The position numbers and the translations under genes were made by a program. Below, piece after piece: positions 1 through 9,989 of a stretch of DNA of 64,000 nt (its first letter is position 1; each line of letters begins with the position of its first letter). The stretch covers positions 661 through 64,660 of the forward strand of contig DASSIM010000025.1 of NCBI GenBank assembly GCA_035691865.1. The letters are read 5' to 3'. This stretch comes from Candidatus Nitrosopolaris sp. (lineage in GTDB: Archaea; Thermoproteota; Nitrososphaeria; Nitrososphaerales; Nitrososphaeraceae). The notes beneath the pieces were generated by a model, which worked only from the letters and a program-made list of their open reading frames with translations, did not search any database and was not told where the DNA came from.

Positions 1-1149
1 TACTATCATTTGATTCGTTGCCAAAGTAATGTAAGTACTTCAGATGCATATTAGAACCTGGAGACCAACCTGCAAATTGTCGTAGATGATGCTCCTTGAG
101 AATTCCGGATTTCTCGGTTAAAGCACTATGTCTTCTTATGTATGGGTTCCATGGCTTCTTCAATAACTCCCCAATCTTTTGCTTGTCTTCTGGTAATACA
201 TTTGGACTATCTAATAACTTGGGGAAAAACTTGTCTCTATAATTTTCATATGTTTTACGAAGACTTCTTACATGTATGACTTTGTTAAGACTCTTACCAA
301 ATCCACACAACAATATACCATTTGGATTACTACCTTGAGGATGCTGCGAAATCCAATCTTTTATGTATGGTATCGAATCGATAAGTGGAATATGCCTTGT
401 TCCTGTTTTTCCATTAACTAGAATCTCTGCATATTGTCTCTTGTCAGGTGTGAGTTGGAAAACAACATCCTTTATCCTTAATTTCAGAAGTTCGTGGGGC
501 CTTGCTGCTGAATCTCGAGACATTGCATGATAGCATCTATCTCTAGCATTGGGACAGTATTTCAAAAATAAAGAATCATCTTCAGGTGTCCAAAGGTCAG
601 TAGGCTTGTAGATTGATTTCTCTTTTCTCTTAAGTTGTGGAATGTTTTCTATAATAGATGGTTTTGTTCTCTTCTTTTGCTCTATATCCGGCGAGTACAA
701 CCATTTGAAAAAGCGCATCAGTTGTATCCTGTAAACGTTATATGTCCCAATCCACTTGTGCAATGGATCTAAGCTTTCAATTTTACGGAGACTATCGAGG
801 AATGATAATATGTCTTCCCGCGTAACCTCATTGAAGAGTTTAGAGTTAGCATTCTTAAAAAATATTGAGAAAGTGCAAAGTAGCAGAATGTTGTTCTTCC
901 TATAACCGTCTGAGGGATTTATTTCCGACTAGAGACTTGATATGTAATCACATATAGTCAAAGCGTTTTCTTTGTTTGCTGGTAACACCTTGTTGTGAAG
1001 GAGATTAAAGCAGTCAGATGATAACCCATGTGTAGCGTTTTCTATCTTTGTCTTTATTATGCTGTCTGATGCTTCGGATGAAGATGTGGTCGTGGTAGTC
1101 TTGGTAGTAGCAGCAGTCGTCGTTTTAGGCCTTGACGGGCTCCTTTCAT
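1..1149 (-). pseudogene. Tyrosine recombinase/integrase pseudogene (runs off left edge); paralogue of 23673..25121
   Basis: Manual translation gives ...SAARPHELLK...NGKTGTRH...NPYIRRHSA...FAGWSPGSNMHLKYLHYF, matching the intact copy. There is an in-frame TAG at 929-931 (Lys in the paralogue). The ATG at 1149 is out of frame with the body (ATGAAAGGAGC vs ATGAAAAGAAGC), consistent with a 1-nt loss. Confidence 0.92.
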
Positions 1150-1172
1150 TGCTTTGAGGTAATAAAAATCAT

Positions 1173-1196
1173 CTATATAAAGTAGTATTATATATC
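1173..1196 (-). promoter_or_regulatory. TATA box plus conserved end motif upstream of integrase 1
   Basis: TTATATAG on the minus strand lies ~25 nt upstream of the ATG. The plus-strand ctatataaagtagtattatatatc resembles ctatataagttagtattgtatttc (25144-25167) upstream of integrase 2. Confidence 0.65.
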
Positions 1197-2190
1197 TCAA
1201 TATCTATTAGAAAGAGGCTTTGCGGTATTACGGTATGACAAGAGGGGTATAGGTCCAAATCATACAATTCTAGATAGTAACATATGGGGAAATGCAACAT
1301 CTAATGATCTAAAACGGGATGCGCAGAAGGCCTTAGCCGTCTTAATAAATCAGGCTGAAGTTGATCCAAACAAAACGATACTAGGTCATAGTGAAGGAAC
1401 CATAATAACACCTAGAGTTGCAATTGACAATACAACAAAAGTGAAGAATATAGTACTGATGGGAGCAGTAGCTCAGAACCTTAGTGATATATCATACTTC
1501 CAAGGTGTTAGCCTACCTCTTCTCTATGCTGAAAATGTGCTAGACCTCAATCATGATGGAATGCTGTCAATATCGGAATCAAATAAGAATCCAGTTTTCA
1601 GTACTATGGCTGGAAATCTTACACTACTTCTGGAGACTACTAACGGGACTAAACACCAATTAAATCCTAAATACAATACAAATAATGATACCTACATAAG
1701 TATTAATAATGAGCTTAAACCCAAACTAATAGCGCTAGTTAAATCTCTCTCAGTTGTAACGCCAGGTAAGAAGTGCACTGGACCATGTCCTATTTGGGTT
1801 AGGTCACACTATGCTTTGGAACCCACTATGAGTATAATAGGCAATGTTTCTCCTAAAACAAGTATTCTAATACTACAAGGCGAGAATGATACACAAACCC
1901 CAGTACATCAAGCATTCCTTCTACAGCAAGCATTGATAGATAGAAGACATCCAGATCATACATTGATAACTTATCCCAATTTAGGACATCTATTCTATCC
2001 TTCATCTCAGTGGTCGACTGGATTTGGACCAATACAACAAAATGTTTTAGCAGACCTTTATGCATGGCTTAAAGCACATTCAGGTCTTTCACATTCTTCT
2101 GTTACTACTGCTATTGCCCCAATTATAGGGGCAAATACAAGTTCATTGAATACAAATACGACTTTTACTTCAAGTTTTCCCAGACACTGA
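1192..2190 (+). pseudogene. Alpha/beta hydrolase, 5'-truncated
   Basis: The frame is open from 1186: ISQYLLERGFAVLRYDKRGIG...LGHSEG (GxSxG nucleophile, 1384-1398)...ILQGENDTQTP...YPNLGHLF. There is a stop at 1183-1185 and no start or N-terminal portion. Confidence 0.8.
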
Positions 2191-2608
2191 TGATATCACA
2201 GAAAATCTTTTCAGATTCTGCATAAGAATGATTGATTTGCCGAGTTTCACATTAGTTAGGCGCTGGTTTATCTTCTTTTGCCATACTTGGATGCCAGCTT
2301 TCGATCCATTCATAACAACAATTTTTGCATCTAAGATTGTAATGATTTCCATGTGCAATTATACTGCTGGTCCGTGCGTAGAACGTAATCAAGAATATTG
2401 CTAGCCTCAGTATATGCAGAGACATAGTAAAAAAATATCAACAAAATCTGGATAAAGCTCCTAAGGAGTTAGCAGATCAGGTAAATGCTGAAGAATCAAA
2501 AGAAGTTGACGTCAATCTCAAGCTGTCATCAAGTCTAAACGCAGCATTAGAAGCTGCATGTAGAGATGAGGAATTACGGAAATCGGCATACATCATAAAG
2601 ACCGTTGG

Positions 2609-3199
2609 TTAAGCACGAATTTTTTGGTCTTTTTGTTTCTCTATTTCTGCGTCTATGAATGGTTTAAAATCTGAATGCTTACACAAGGACGTATATGGAT
2701 AGTGTCTGTGTTTGAGGACATTGTTTTCGTTTTCTCTATCAAGTATACAAAATACATATCTTACGCTAACATTTTCGCTTTTCATAACCTCGTCTATTGC
2801 TTTTTTAAGACTCTCACCTGAGGTTAGCACATCGTCTACTATGACAACTGGCGGTTTCAAATTCCCCTCTACTGAATATTTTAGTCCGTGGTCCTTTGCA
2901 TGTTTTCGCACCACAAACCCATCTAACGGATGTTCTTTTTCACTTTTCGCAAGAATGGCTGTGGTTATTGGGATTGCACCAATTTCTAACCCGCCGACAG
3001 ATTTTGCCCCTTTAAGGGTTATTTCTTCGAACATTAAATCGGCAATAAGATTTATGCCAACAGGGTCGAACATGACCTTTTTTAGGTCATAATAGTACTG
3101 GCTTTTTTCGCCACTAGATAATATTATACCATTTATATCAACCACAATAGCCTTTTCCTTTATGAGATCCTTTAGTGCCTCAATTTTGTGTGCATCCAA
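2609..3199 (-). CDS. pyrE: Orotate phosphoribosyltransferase
   Basis: LSSGEKSQYYYDLK, VVRKHAKDHG flexible loop, PRPP-binding VVIVDDVLTSGES; TTG start. Confidence 0.88.
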   Translation of the reverse strand: MDAHKIEALKDLIKEKAIVVDINGIILSSGEKSQYYYDLKKVMFDPVGINLIADLMFEEITLKGAKSVGGLEIGAIPITTAILAKSEKEHPLDGFVVRKHAKDHGLKYSVEGNLKPPVVIVDDVLTSGESLKKAIDEVMKSENVSVRYVFCILDRENENNVLKHRHYPYTSLCKHSDFKPFIDAEIEKQKDQKIRA

Positions 3200-3354
3200 G
3201 GGATATGGTTGTGTCTACGAGTACTTAGTAATTAAGTGTTTATGAGTTTTTTTAGGAAATTTTATGTTGTTTTTCCGTTTTTCTTTCCATTCCTCATAAC
3301 CAATAACCGGTTAAATTAAGTGATGCAATAAACCTGCGAACTTTCATTAAGAAT

Positions 3355-3618
3355 ATGATATGTATCGTTGCGGGTACACACACCGCTACCGAACAAGAAT
3401 ATCAAAAGAGTGTAATTGGTCTTTTTGAAACCATATTAATAATGAGACTGACCGACAGCATGAAAGGATTTTTCCTTACTACAGATGTAGATGCTCGGTT
3501 AACCGCAGTGGAACAAAACATGAGGGATATCGGTGACAAACAAGAAAAAGGTGATGTCCTTATCAGAAAAATTCTTGAATACATTGAGAGAAATGATCCA
3601 TACCGTGAACGAAAATGA
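3355..3618 (+). CDS. Hypothetical protein with short coiled coil
   Basis: 87-aa ORF whose stop overlaps the next start (ATGA), suggesting translational coupling; start uncertain. Confidence 0.45.
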   Translation: MICIVAGTHTATEQEYQKSVIGLFETILIMRLTDSMKGFFLTTDVDARLTAVEQNMRDIGDKQEKGDVLIRKILEYIERNDPYRERK

Positions 3619-3803
3619 CCCTGTGTCCAGAGTGTCATTTAAAAATTTATCAATATGTTGATGGCGATTGGCTGCTATGGATTTGTTGGAGATGCGGTCA
3701 CTATGAATCCAATTCACCTGCATTCAGGTCAGCACCATATCTATTCACGAACTTACCGAGACAATTCTATATTCTTTATGAAGAAATTTCATTCACCAAC
3801 TGA
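3615..3803 (+). CDS. Small Zn-ribbon protein
   Basis: CPEC...CWRC pairs in a 62-aa ORF, coupled to the upstream ORF. Confidence 0.6.
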   Translation: MTLCPECHLKIYQYVDGDWLLWICWRCGHYESNSPAFRSAPYLFTNLPRQFYILYEEISFTN

Positions 3804-4080
3804 ATCCCAACAACGGTTTAAAACACCTGATGATTCAACAGAACCGATATTTGTATTAACTTTATATTACAATATAAATTTTCGATTTTTAAGAATGATA
3901 ACTCCCAAATTGATGAATACCAGGTTTTTGCATCGAGATCAAATCGTTGCAACAAATTGTTTAACGTCATAACATCCCTAGCAGCGTGATTTCTCATTTT
4001 TTGCTATCTTTTTTTCGATGGTAAAACAACGAACCATTGGTCTTGGCAATTACGGTTGTTAGGATAATTTTAGTCGCGCT

Positions 4081-4347
4081 TTATTTCTCGCTGATGTAAT
4101 TAATCGGAGCTACTTCGTCGATTTTATTTTGTATGTGCAATAAACGCATGCCCTTCTCAGTTGTCCTATAAGTGTGCATACCTTCTTCGTACTGAATCAA
4201 ACCATTTTCAACTAAGAGCGATAAGTATTCTCTCAGCTGATTAAAGGATATAAACGCGCTATACATTAATTTTGTTTTAGTAGCTCCCCCGCCATTTGCT
4301 GTATTCAAAAGTAACCCGATTATTTCAGTCCTGCTTCTGTATTTCAC
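4081..4347 (-). CDS. Archaeal winged helix-turn-helix regulator (HTH_45-like)
   Basis: MKYRSRTEII...ATKTKLMYSAFISFNQLREYLSLLVENGLI...YRTTEKG pattern. Confidence 0.88.
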   Translation of the reverse strand: MKYRSRTEIIGLLLNTANGGGATKTKLMYSAFISFNQLREYLSLLVENGLIQYEEGMHTYRTTEKGMRLLHIQNKIDEVAPINYISEK

Positions 4348-4448
4348 TCTTATCTCTAGCCAGATTATCTATTTATGAGACGCCGAGCTTATGTCAATTT
4401 ATATTATATGATACTATTTCGTTGTTTTATCGATTCTAAATATCATTA

Positions 4449-4469
4449 AGTACAATTGTCCATTGTACT
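4449..4469. promoter_or_regulatory. Inverted repeat, candidate operator between divergent wHTH genes
   Basis: AGTACAAT-TGTCC-ATTGTACT: perfect 8-bp arms with a 5-bp spacer. Confidence 0.45.
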
Positions 4470-4689
4470 AGAAGAGAGATGTAGATCATATATCATGATC
4501 TGGCATTATGTGTTCTTGTTTTACTTGAAATCATTCAAGGTAATTCACCATACATGCTAAACGAAATATTCCAACACACAATTTCTTCTGTAGACATTCT
4601 AGTGTCAGGTCATTTGATTATTATATTTAGGCCGGGTAAAGTGTACCCTATAATTTCTAGTAAAAATAGTATCAGCTCCAACATAAGTC

Positions 4690-4929
4690 TTGAAGTACAG
4701 ATGCAGCGTAGATATTATTGCAAAAATACTAGATGCTGCTCTTTCTGGAGAGACCAAATCAAAAATAGTGATGTATGCTCATCTCAATCATATACAAACT
4801 AAGCGATATATACCGCATGTACTTTCTGAGCAGCCTATTGAGATAAGAGATAATTCTTCAGATTCACCCACCGTATATGCAACGACGGAAAAAGGGCGCA
4901 TATTCTTAGAAAAATACGTGGAAGTTTAA
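4690..4929 (+). CDS. Winged helix-turn-helix regulator (HTH_45-like)
   Basis: MKYRCSVDIIAKILDAALSGETKSKIVMYAHLN...YATTEKGRIFL; paralogous to 4081..4347. Confidence 0.8.
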   Translation: MKYRCSVDIIAKILDAALSGETKSKIVMYAHLNHIQTKRYIPHVLSEQPIEIRDNSSDSPTVYATTEKGRIFLEKYVEV

Positions 4930-5093
4930 TTATATCGAATAGAAAAAAGATGTAGGCTAGCCGACTAGACCTCGTTTTGTGAAATACAGAAGCCCGTGTC
5001 GGAGATATGACATTTGTTTCTCTTATGTGAAATAAAGGTTTCAGTCGCATTTTCTTGCTATCTTGCTCATGATCGCCTAATGATCGTTAATTA

Positions 5094-5360
5094 TTGATGC
5101 TTGTTATCTCAAATAATACGTCAGGTTCAACCTGGAAAATCGCTGTTAGCCGAGATATTTTTCAATACATCTACACTGATGCAGCTCACAAAAATCTACT
5201 TTGCATGTTCATTCCTCTAGATCTCATTAGCGAAGAGCTTGATTATGACAAAGAAAAATATCGTGAATTGCTGCTAGAAGTCTCCGAATCAATACTCGGA
5301 TATTTTGGCTCTGATTGGACAATTTATGGGGATGCTATTAAAAAGAAAAGCGGGAAGTAG
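5094..5360 (+). CDS. Hypothetical protein
   Basis: 88-aa ORF with protein-like composition; no family recognised. Confidence 0.45.
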   Translation: MMLVISNNTSGSTWKIAVSRDIFQYIYTDAAHKNLLCMFIPLDLISEELDYDKEKYRELLLEVSESILGYFGSDWTIYGDAIKKKSGK

Positions 5361-5422
5361 TGGTATGAGATTAAGGAAGAACGTCGAAAAGACATAGAAA
5401 TTGAGAGGGAAGTTTACAGTGT

Positions 5423-6307
5423 TTAAACGTCAGTTGCTGAAATTAACCCCTGATTAGACAAATATTTCTCCGCGTGTTCTAACGCATTTGTGTCAATCTC
5501 AGATAAGGATTGTCCAGTCATTGCTTTGAACTGTAATGCATTAACGACGGCCTTTCCTCCGTAGTGATTGTTAAAATACACACGAAGAATTTTTGTCTGT
5601 TTTCTTATTTGGTCTACTTTCTCCACCCACGGTTTCAATTCCTGTTCTGAATACAGATAATTATACCAGTAGTGTCCCTTGGTATTCCGTCCATGATAAC
5701 GCAAAAATGAATGATCCGCTGTGATTGTTACCTTTGATAGGAATTGAAGATTTTCTTTCGCTGGAGAATCTGTCATTACCGCTGCGATGTTGTAATGCTT
5801 GAGCATTTCCCACGGGCCTTCGGTCTCCCAAGTCGGATGTCTGAATTCCATTGCATAATCATTTTCATTGGAAGTAGGCAATCTATCCAGAAATTGCTCG
5901 GTGTTCTTAAATTCAGTAACAGTAAAGCTTGGGGGAAGCTGGAATAATATGGCGCCCAACTTGTTTGCTGTTCTTAAAGGAGATATTTTATCCAGAAATT
6001 CCTCGAAAGATGACATGGCTCCTTTTTTGATATCGAGTCTCTTGACGTGAGTAACCGTTTCTGGCACTTTTATAGAAAATTGGAATTTCTCCGGAGTTGC
6101 TCTGGTCATACCGATAAACGTGCCCTTCGTCATATGTGAGTAAAATTTCTCGTAGAAAGTGGAGTCCATCTCTGCTGTGTTAAAGAATTGAGAGTAAAAT
6201 CGCAGTCTCTTGGTATTCTTGTCCGGGTAGAATACTCCAGTCCAGCCTCCTTTATCTGCATTATCAGGATAATTCCACCCAGAACAGCCTAACAGTAGTT
6301 CACCCAT
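5423..6307 (-). CDS. DUF72 domain protein
   Basis: LLGCSGWNY...W.GVFYP, EMDSTFY, FSIKVP, ILFQLPPSF, EFRHPTW, RYHGRN, Y.YSEQEL, VYFNNH motifs. Confidence 0.93.
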   Translation of the reverse strand: MGELLLGCSGWNYPDNADKGGWTGVFYPDKNTKRLRFYSQFFNTAEMDSTFYEKFYSHMTKGTFIGMTRATPEKFQFSIKVPETVTHVKRLDIKKGAMSSFEEFLDKISPLRTANKLGAILFQLPPSFTVTEFKNTEQFLDRLPTSNENDYAMEFRHPTWETEGPWEMLKHYNIAAVMTDSPAKENLQFLSKVTITADHSFLRYHGRNTKGHYWYNYLYSEQELKPWVEKVDQIRKQTKILRVYFNNHYGGKAVVNALQFKAMTGQSLSEIDTNALEHAEKYLSNQGLISATDV

Positions 6308-6617
6308 ATTGCTCTACTCTATGCGCTACTCTTATAATTTCTTAAATCATTTGATTTTAATATCAGCCCGTTAACCATTGGCTGCCATTTCAGCGAAGCA
6401 GAGCTGTCGATGACGACGATAAATGATTGTTTGTGATAGTCGCACAAGAATCCGATTGCATGGACCGTCGGAATCTTCAACAACAGGGAGAGTGGTAGAA
6501 ACAAGATCGCTGCGATTAGCGAATACTGTGATGATTTTCGGTCAGGACGATGTACACGGCTTTATTCTTATGCTTTGATTTTACCAACGATCAAAACCTT
6601 GATTTTTGTTCAACCCT

Positions 6618-6850
6618 TTAATCCGGCAACATTTGAGGGTTCCAAATAATTTCCCACAGATGACCATCTAAATCTTTGAAATAACCTAAATAGATGCCCC
6701 ATGGACGCTCGTCTGGTTGCCATTCACAATAGAACTAGCAGATTCTGCGCGTTTGATCAATGAGTCGATTTCCTCTCTATTTTGCACGAGATTACCAATA
6801 CTGAACTCTATTGCGATTCGACACACCAATGGGTTCTTTGGAATCTTTAG
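6618..6850 (-). pseudogene. VOC/glyoxalase-family C-terminal fragment, frameshifted
   Basis: EFSIGNLVQNREEIDSLIKRAESA, then in another frame ERPWGIYLGYFKDLDGHLWEIIWNP; N-terminus absent. Confidence 0.75.
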
Positions 6851-6852
6851 TA

Positions 6853-7230
6853 TTACTTCTGCCGCCAAACCTGCAATGTTATCTGACCACCGCTACCTGC
6901 TACTTCTGCTTTCAACATACCTTTCATATTACTAAGGAATGCCAGATTTCCTGTTGGCAAAACGTATTGCGCCTTGTATTGATGTATTTCCCTGCTTATC
7001 CACCTGGCCTCCACCTTTGAAAGTGTAAGTTACCATACTACCATCAGTTGATCTTATCTACCCTTTACCAGTACCGTTAACCAGTCCCGTTGATTGAATG
7101 GTATACCGCACGGTTCCCTGGTCTGAAACAGATATGCCTTTTGCAAATCCGCCGCCACTATAAGATGCCGGCAGCTAGCACTTCCGTTTGTGACATCCAT
7201 TACTGTATTACCGTATCCCTGACTGTGCTG
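6853..7230 (-). pseudogene. Degenerate homologue of the 9585..9989 family
   Basis: Fragments ...GTGKG*IRSTDGSMVTYTFKGGG... and TGNLAFLSNMKGMLKAEV...QVW mirror GKGHGVLM...ATFSGEG...TGKLAFLNNVVGVFEAE...KIWEW; internal stop and frameshifts. Confidence 0.6.
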
Positions 7231-7584
7231 GAGATGGGAATTGTTGATGTCAAGTTGCTAACAATCGCTGTTGCACTGGTAATAGTCGTATTAGTAATAC
7301 TAGTAATACGCATCGATACTTTTTGAGGGGCAAATCTACTCCAGATAGTCGTAATACAAGACGTCTGGAGTACTCCAAGTATTGGCAATGGAAGCGGACA
7401 GAGTCGGAGTGTAGCACTTAATGGTGTTCATAATCCAAGTCCAAGTCTGTATTGATGTAATAGGTAAATCCAAGACTCAACACTTATGAAGGTCGAAAGT
7501 GGTACTGTTAGCAAACTAAGTGTTCGAACTCGCAAAAATTGCCAAGGCGTTGGATGTCTTAATAGATGGGTTAATAAAAGGATG

Positions 7585-7965
7585 ATGACCAAACAATTAC
7601 TGAAAGACGCGCTGGGCTGGGGGGTTATTCTGTGGCTCATCGGGTATGTTTTGGGTATCATTCTCTTTTTTGTGCATCCGTCTTCGCTTGTGGGGTGGGT
7701 TATTCTGCCGATCGGTATACTCATCACTCTTTGGATTTTGCTGAAAAAAGTGAAGGGCGATACTTTTCGGTATTATGTTTTCTTGGCTGTTGCATGGACC
7801 CTCGTAGCCGTTGTTTTTGACTACCTCTTTATCGTCAAAGCGTTTAAGCCGGTAGATGGATATTATAAGCTCGATGTATATGTCTATTACGTACTCACAT
7901 GTGTCATGCCGCTAACTATTGGCTGGTGGAAAAAACCAAAATCCAATGAAGAAATGGTCAGGTGA
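7585..7965 (+). CDS. Hypothetical membrane protein (about 4 TM)
   Basis: Hydrophobic helices from MTKQLLKDALGWGVILW; an AAGGA purine tract precedes the ATG; start moved from 7486. Confidence 0.75.
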   Translation: MTKQLLKDALGWGVILWLIGYVLGIILFFVHPSSLVGWVILPIGILITLWILLKKVKGDTFRYYVFLAVAWTLVAVVFDYLFIVKAFKPVDGYYKLDVYVYYVLTCVMPLTIGWWKKPKSNEEMVR

Positions 7966-8932
7966 TTTTAAATATAATCCGCTGCCTCCTCTATTAGAGA
8001 GTGAGAATCGCGCTATCAATTTGTTTGCAGAGCGTGATCTCTTAAGCAAGTCTTTCCAAGTAGAAGACCTGTGGCTATTGCCCGAAGCTCAAAAAGTTCT
8101 GAGAAGACAAAGGCCCAACGGTTCTTGGACGTATCTGGGAGGAAAGGAGTCAATCCGTACGAAGGAGCATTACAATCAACTGGAAACATACAGAAACGTA
8201 GGGGTTTTGGTTGAGGAATACGGACTCAACAACAGGCATAGCGCGATTCAAAAAGCAGCAGAATATCTATTTTCGTTCCAAACCAAGGAGGGCGACTTCC
8301 GAGGTATTTATGGCAACCAATATAGTCCCAACTATTCTGCCGGAATTACGGAACTGCTTCTGAAAGCAGGATATGAGAATGATGCTCGCATTCAAAAGGT
8401 ATTCACATGGCTGCTTTCTATTTGTCAAACAGACGGTGGTTGGGCTATCCCTCTCAGAACACAAAATTACAATCTTGACATCATTGCCAGCAACTCAAAG
8501 ACGATAGAGCCAGACATGTCTAAGCCCTTTTCCCATATGGTAACCGGGGTGGTATTGCGCGCTTTTGCCGCTCATTCAACCTATCGTCGCTCAAAAGAAG
8601 CAGAGCAGGCAGGCCAGCTCCTTGTTTCAAATTTGTTGAAAAAAGATTCCTATCCTGACAGAGCAGCACCGAGTTTTTGGCTGGGGTTTTCGTTTCCATT
8701 TTGGTTTACCGATTTAATTTCAGCTTTGGATAGCCTCTCCTTTTTGGGGTTTTTGAAAAGTGAACCTCAAATCGAAAAATCTTTGCAATGGTTTATCGAC
8801 AACCAGCAAGAGACCGGAATGTGGAAATTAAACATATTGAAAAATAAAAGTCAAAACAAAGATATTCTTCAGCTCTGGCTAGCTCTCTCAATATGCAGGA
8901 TATTCAAACGGTTTTATTCTGACCAAGCGTGA
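7946..8932 (+). CDS. Prenyltransferase/squalene-cyclase-like repeat protein (alpha-alpha toroid)
   Basis: QW-like motifs RRQRPNGSW, SFQTKEGDF, SICQTDGGW, DNQQETGMW; overlaps the upstream gene by 20 nt. Confidence 0.75.
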   Translation: MKKWSGDFKYNPLPPLLESENRAINLFAERDLLSKSFQVEDLWLLPEAQKVLRRQRPNGSWTYLGGKESIRTKEHYNQLETYRNVGVLVEEYGLNNRHSAIQKAAEYLFSFQTKEGDFRGIYGNQYSPNYSAGITELLLKAGYENDARIQKVFTWLLSICQTDGGWAIPLRTQNYNLDIIASNSKTIEPDMSKPFSHMVTGVVLRAFAAHSTYRRSKEAEQAGQLLVSNLLKKDSYPDRAAPSFWLGFSFPFWFTDLISALDSLSFLGFLKSEPQIEKSLQWFIDNQQETGMWKLNILKNKSQNKDILQLWLALSICRIFKRFYSDQA

Positions 8933-8974
8933 AGACCATTCCGGTATGGAGGATTTCATTATGGATGATTTGAA

Positions 8975-9215
8975 GTACGAAACTGGAATGGACCCTTGAA
9001 CAACAGGCAAAATATTCATAATACAAAGAGAAAAGCAAAAGTAGGTCCAACACACATTGATGCAATTCCTTTCCTATCAGATTGAACGTGTCGAACACAT
9101 GGAATTATCGGAAACAACCATCCCAAATTATTATAAAGCAGCAAAATTATTTTGCGAAATGAATGACCTACTATATTGGAAGAAAATATCACGTATGTCA
9201 CCTCATGTCACTTAC
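8975..9215 (+). pseudogene. N-terminal relic of a second integrase family
   Basis: TLEQQAK...LMQFLSYQIERVEHMELSETTIPNYYKAAKLFCEMNDLLYWKKISR resembles the N-terminal domain of thaumarchaeal tyrosine recombinases as recalled; broken by stops, catalytic domain absent. Confidence 0.6.
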
Positions 9216-9355
9216 CGCCCTTTCCTCGAACGTATAGTTCGACTGCTATTCGAATGAATGTCCTTCTTGGGACATCACCCCGCTCTTTGTCTGTTTGTCT
9301 TACCAGCACTAATGTGATATCCACTTTCGGTCTTCCCTTGGGTCGTACGCTTCAT
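9208..9355 (-). pseudogene. Probable ribbon-helix-helix (CopG-like) protein, frameshifted
   Basis: MKRTTQGKTES / VDITLVLVRQTDKERGDVPRRTFIRIAVELYVRGK: beta-strand plus two helices, with the RGDVPR turn. Confidence 0.45.
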
Positions 9356-9584
9356 ACTAGTATTATATATCCGTACTTCTAGAGCAATATACTTATGAGC
9401 AAAATACTTATCGATTTCCCGTCGCTATTTCTGTGTTTATGAATTTCTGAGAGTAAACCATCGTGAGCATGATTTGGTATGGCAAAATAAAATCCTAGAG
9501 AGATCCTACCACTTATCATAACAAGGATAATATCAAGTTTCTTTCCCCACAACACTTCTTATATCAAGATGGGGAACAACCAAT

Positions 9585-9989
9585 ATGTTAGGAGAACAAA
9601 TTGGAGAATTAAAGGGAAAAATAATGGGTCAGAGGGTTTTGAACGCCGAAGGACCCAGGATGGAAACAACTCTATCGTCTACAGGCAGCATTAGGGGGAC
9701 GAACGTCAAGGAAACAGTGACGTTTGTTGGCAGTCCAACAATGGCCGGAGTACTCCACGGTAAAGGTCATGGAGTTTTAATGTGTGGAGAATCAGAAATG
9801 GCAACATTTAGCGGAGAGGGATTTGGAAGAATCAACACTTCGGGAAGCGTGAAGTGGCGTGGATCGCATTTCTATAGGACAACTTCTTCGACTGGTAAGT
9901 TGGCATTTCTTAACAATGTTGTTGGAGTATTCGAGGCTGAGTTCGATGCTGAGGGGAATGTGATCGAGAAGATTTGGGAATGGAAGTAG
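9585..9989 (+). CDS. Conserved hypothetical beta-rich protein
   Basis: Clean 134-aa ORF with an upstream TATA-like TTATAT; ends KIWEWK; a degenerate paralogue lies at ~6853-7230. Confidence 0.8.
   Translation: MLGEQIGELKGKIMGQRVLNAEGPRMETTLSSTGSIRGTNVKETVTFVGSPTMAGVLHGKGHGVLMCGESEMATFSGEGFGRINTSGSVKWRGSHFYRTTSSTGKLAFLNNVVGVFEAEFDAEGNVIEKIWEWK

Noticed and set aside
2400-2612. Startless plus-strand frame ending ...VDVNLKLSSSLNAALEAACRDEELRKSAYIIKTVG
   Set aside because: RHH-like ending is suggestive, but there is no start codon or recognisable family; too weak to call.
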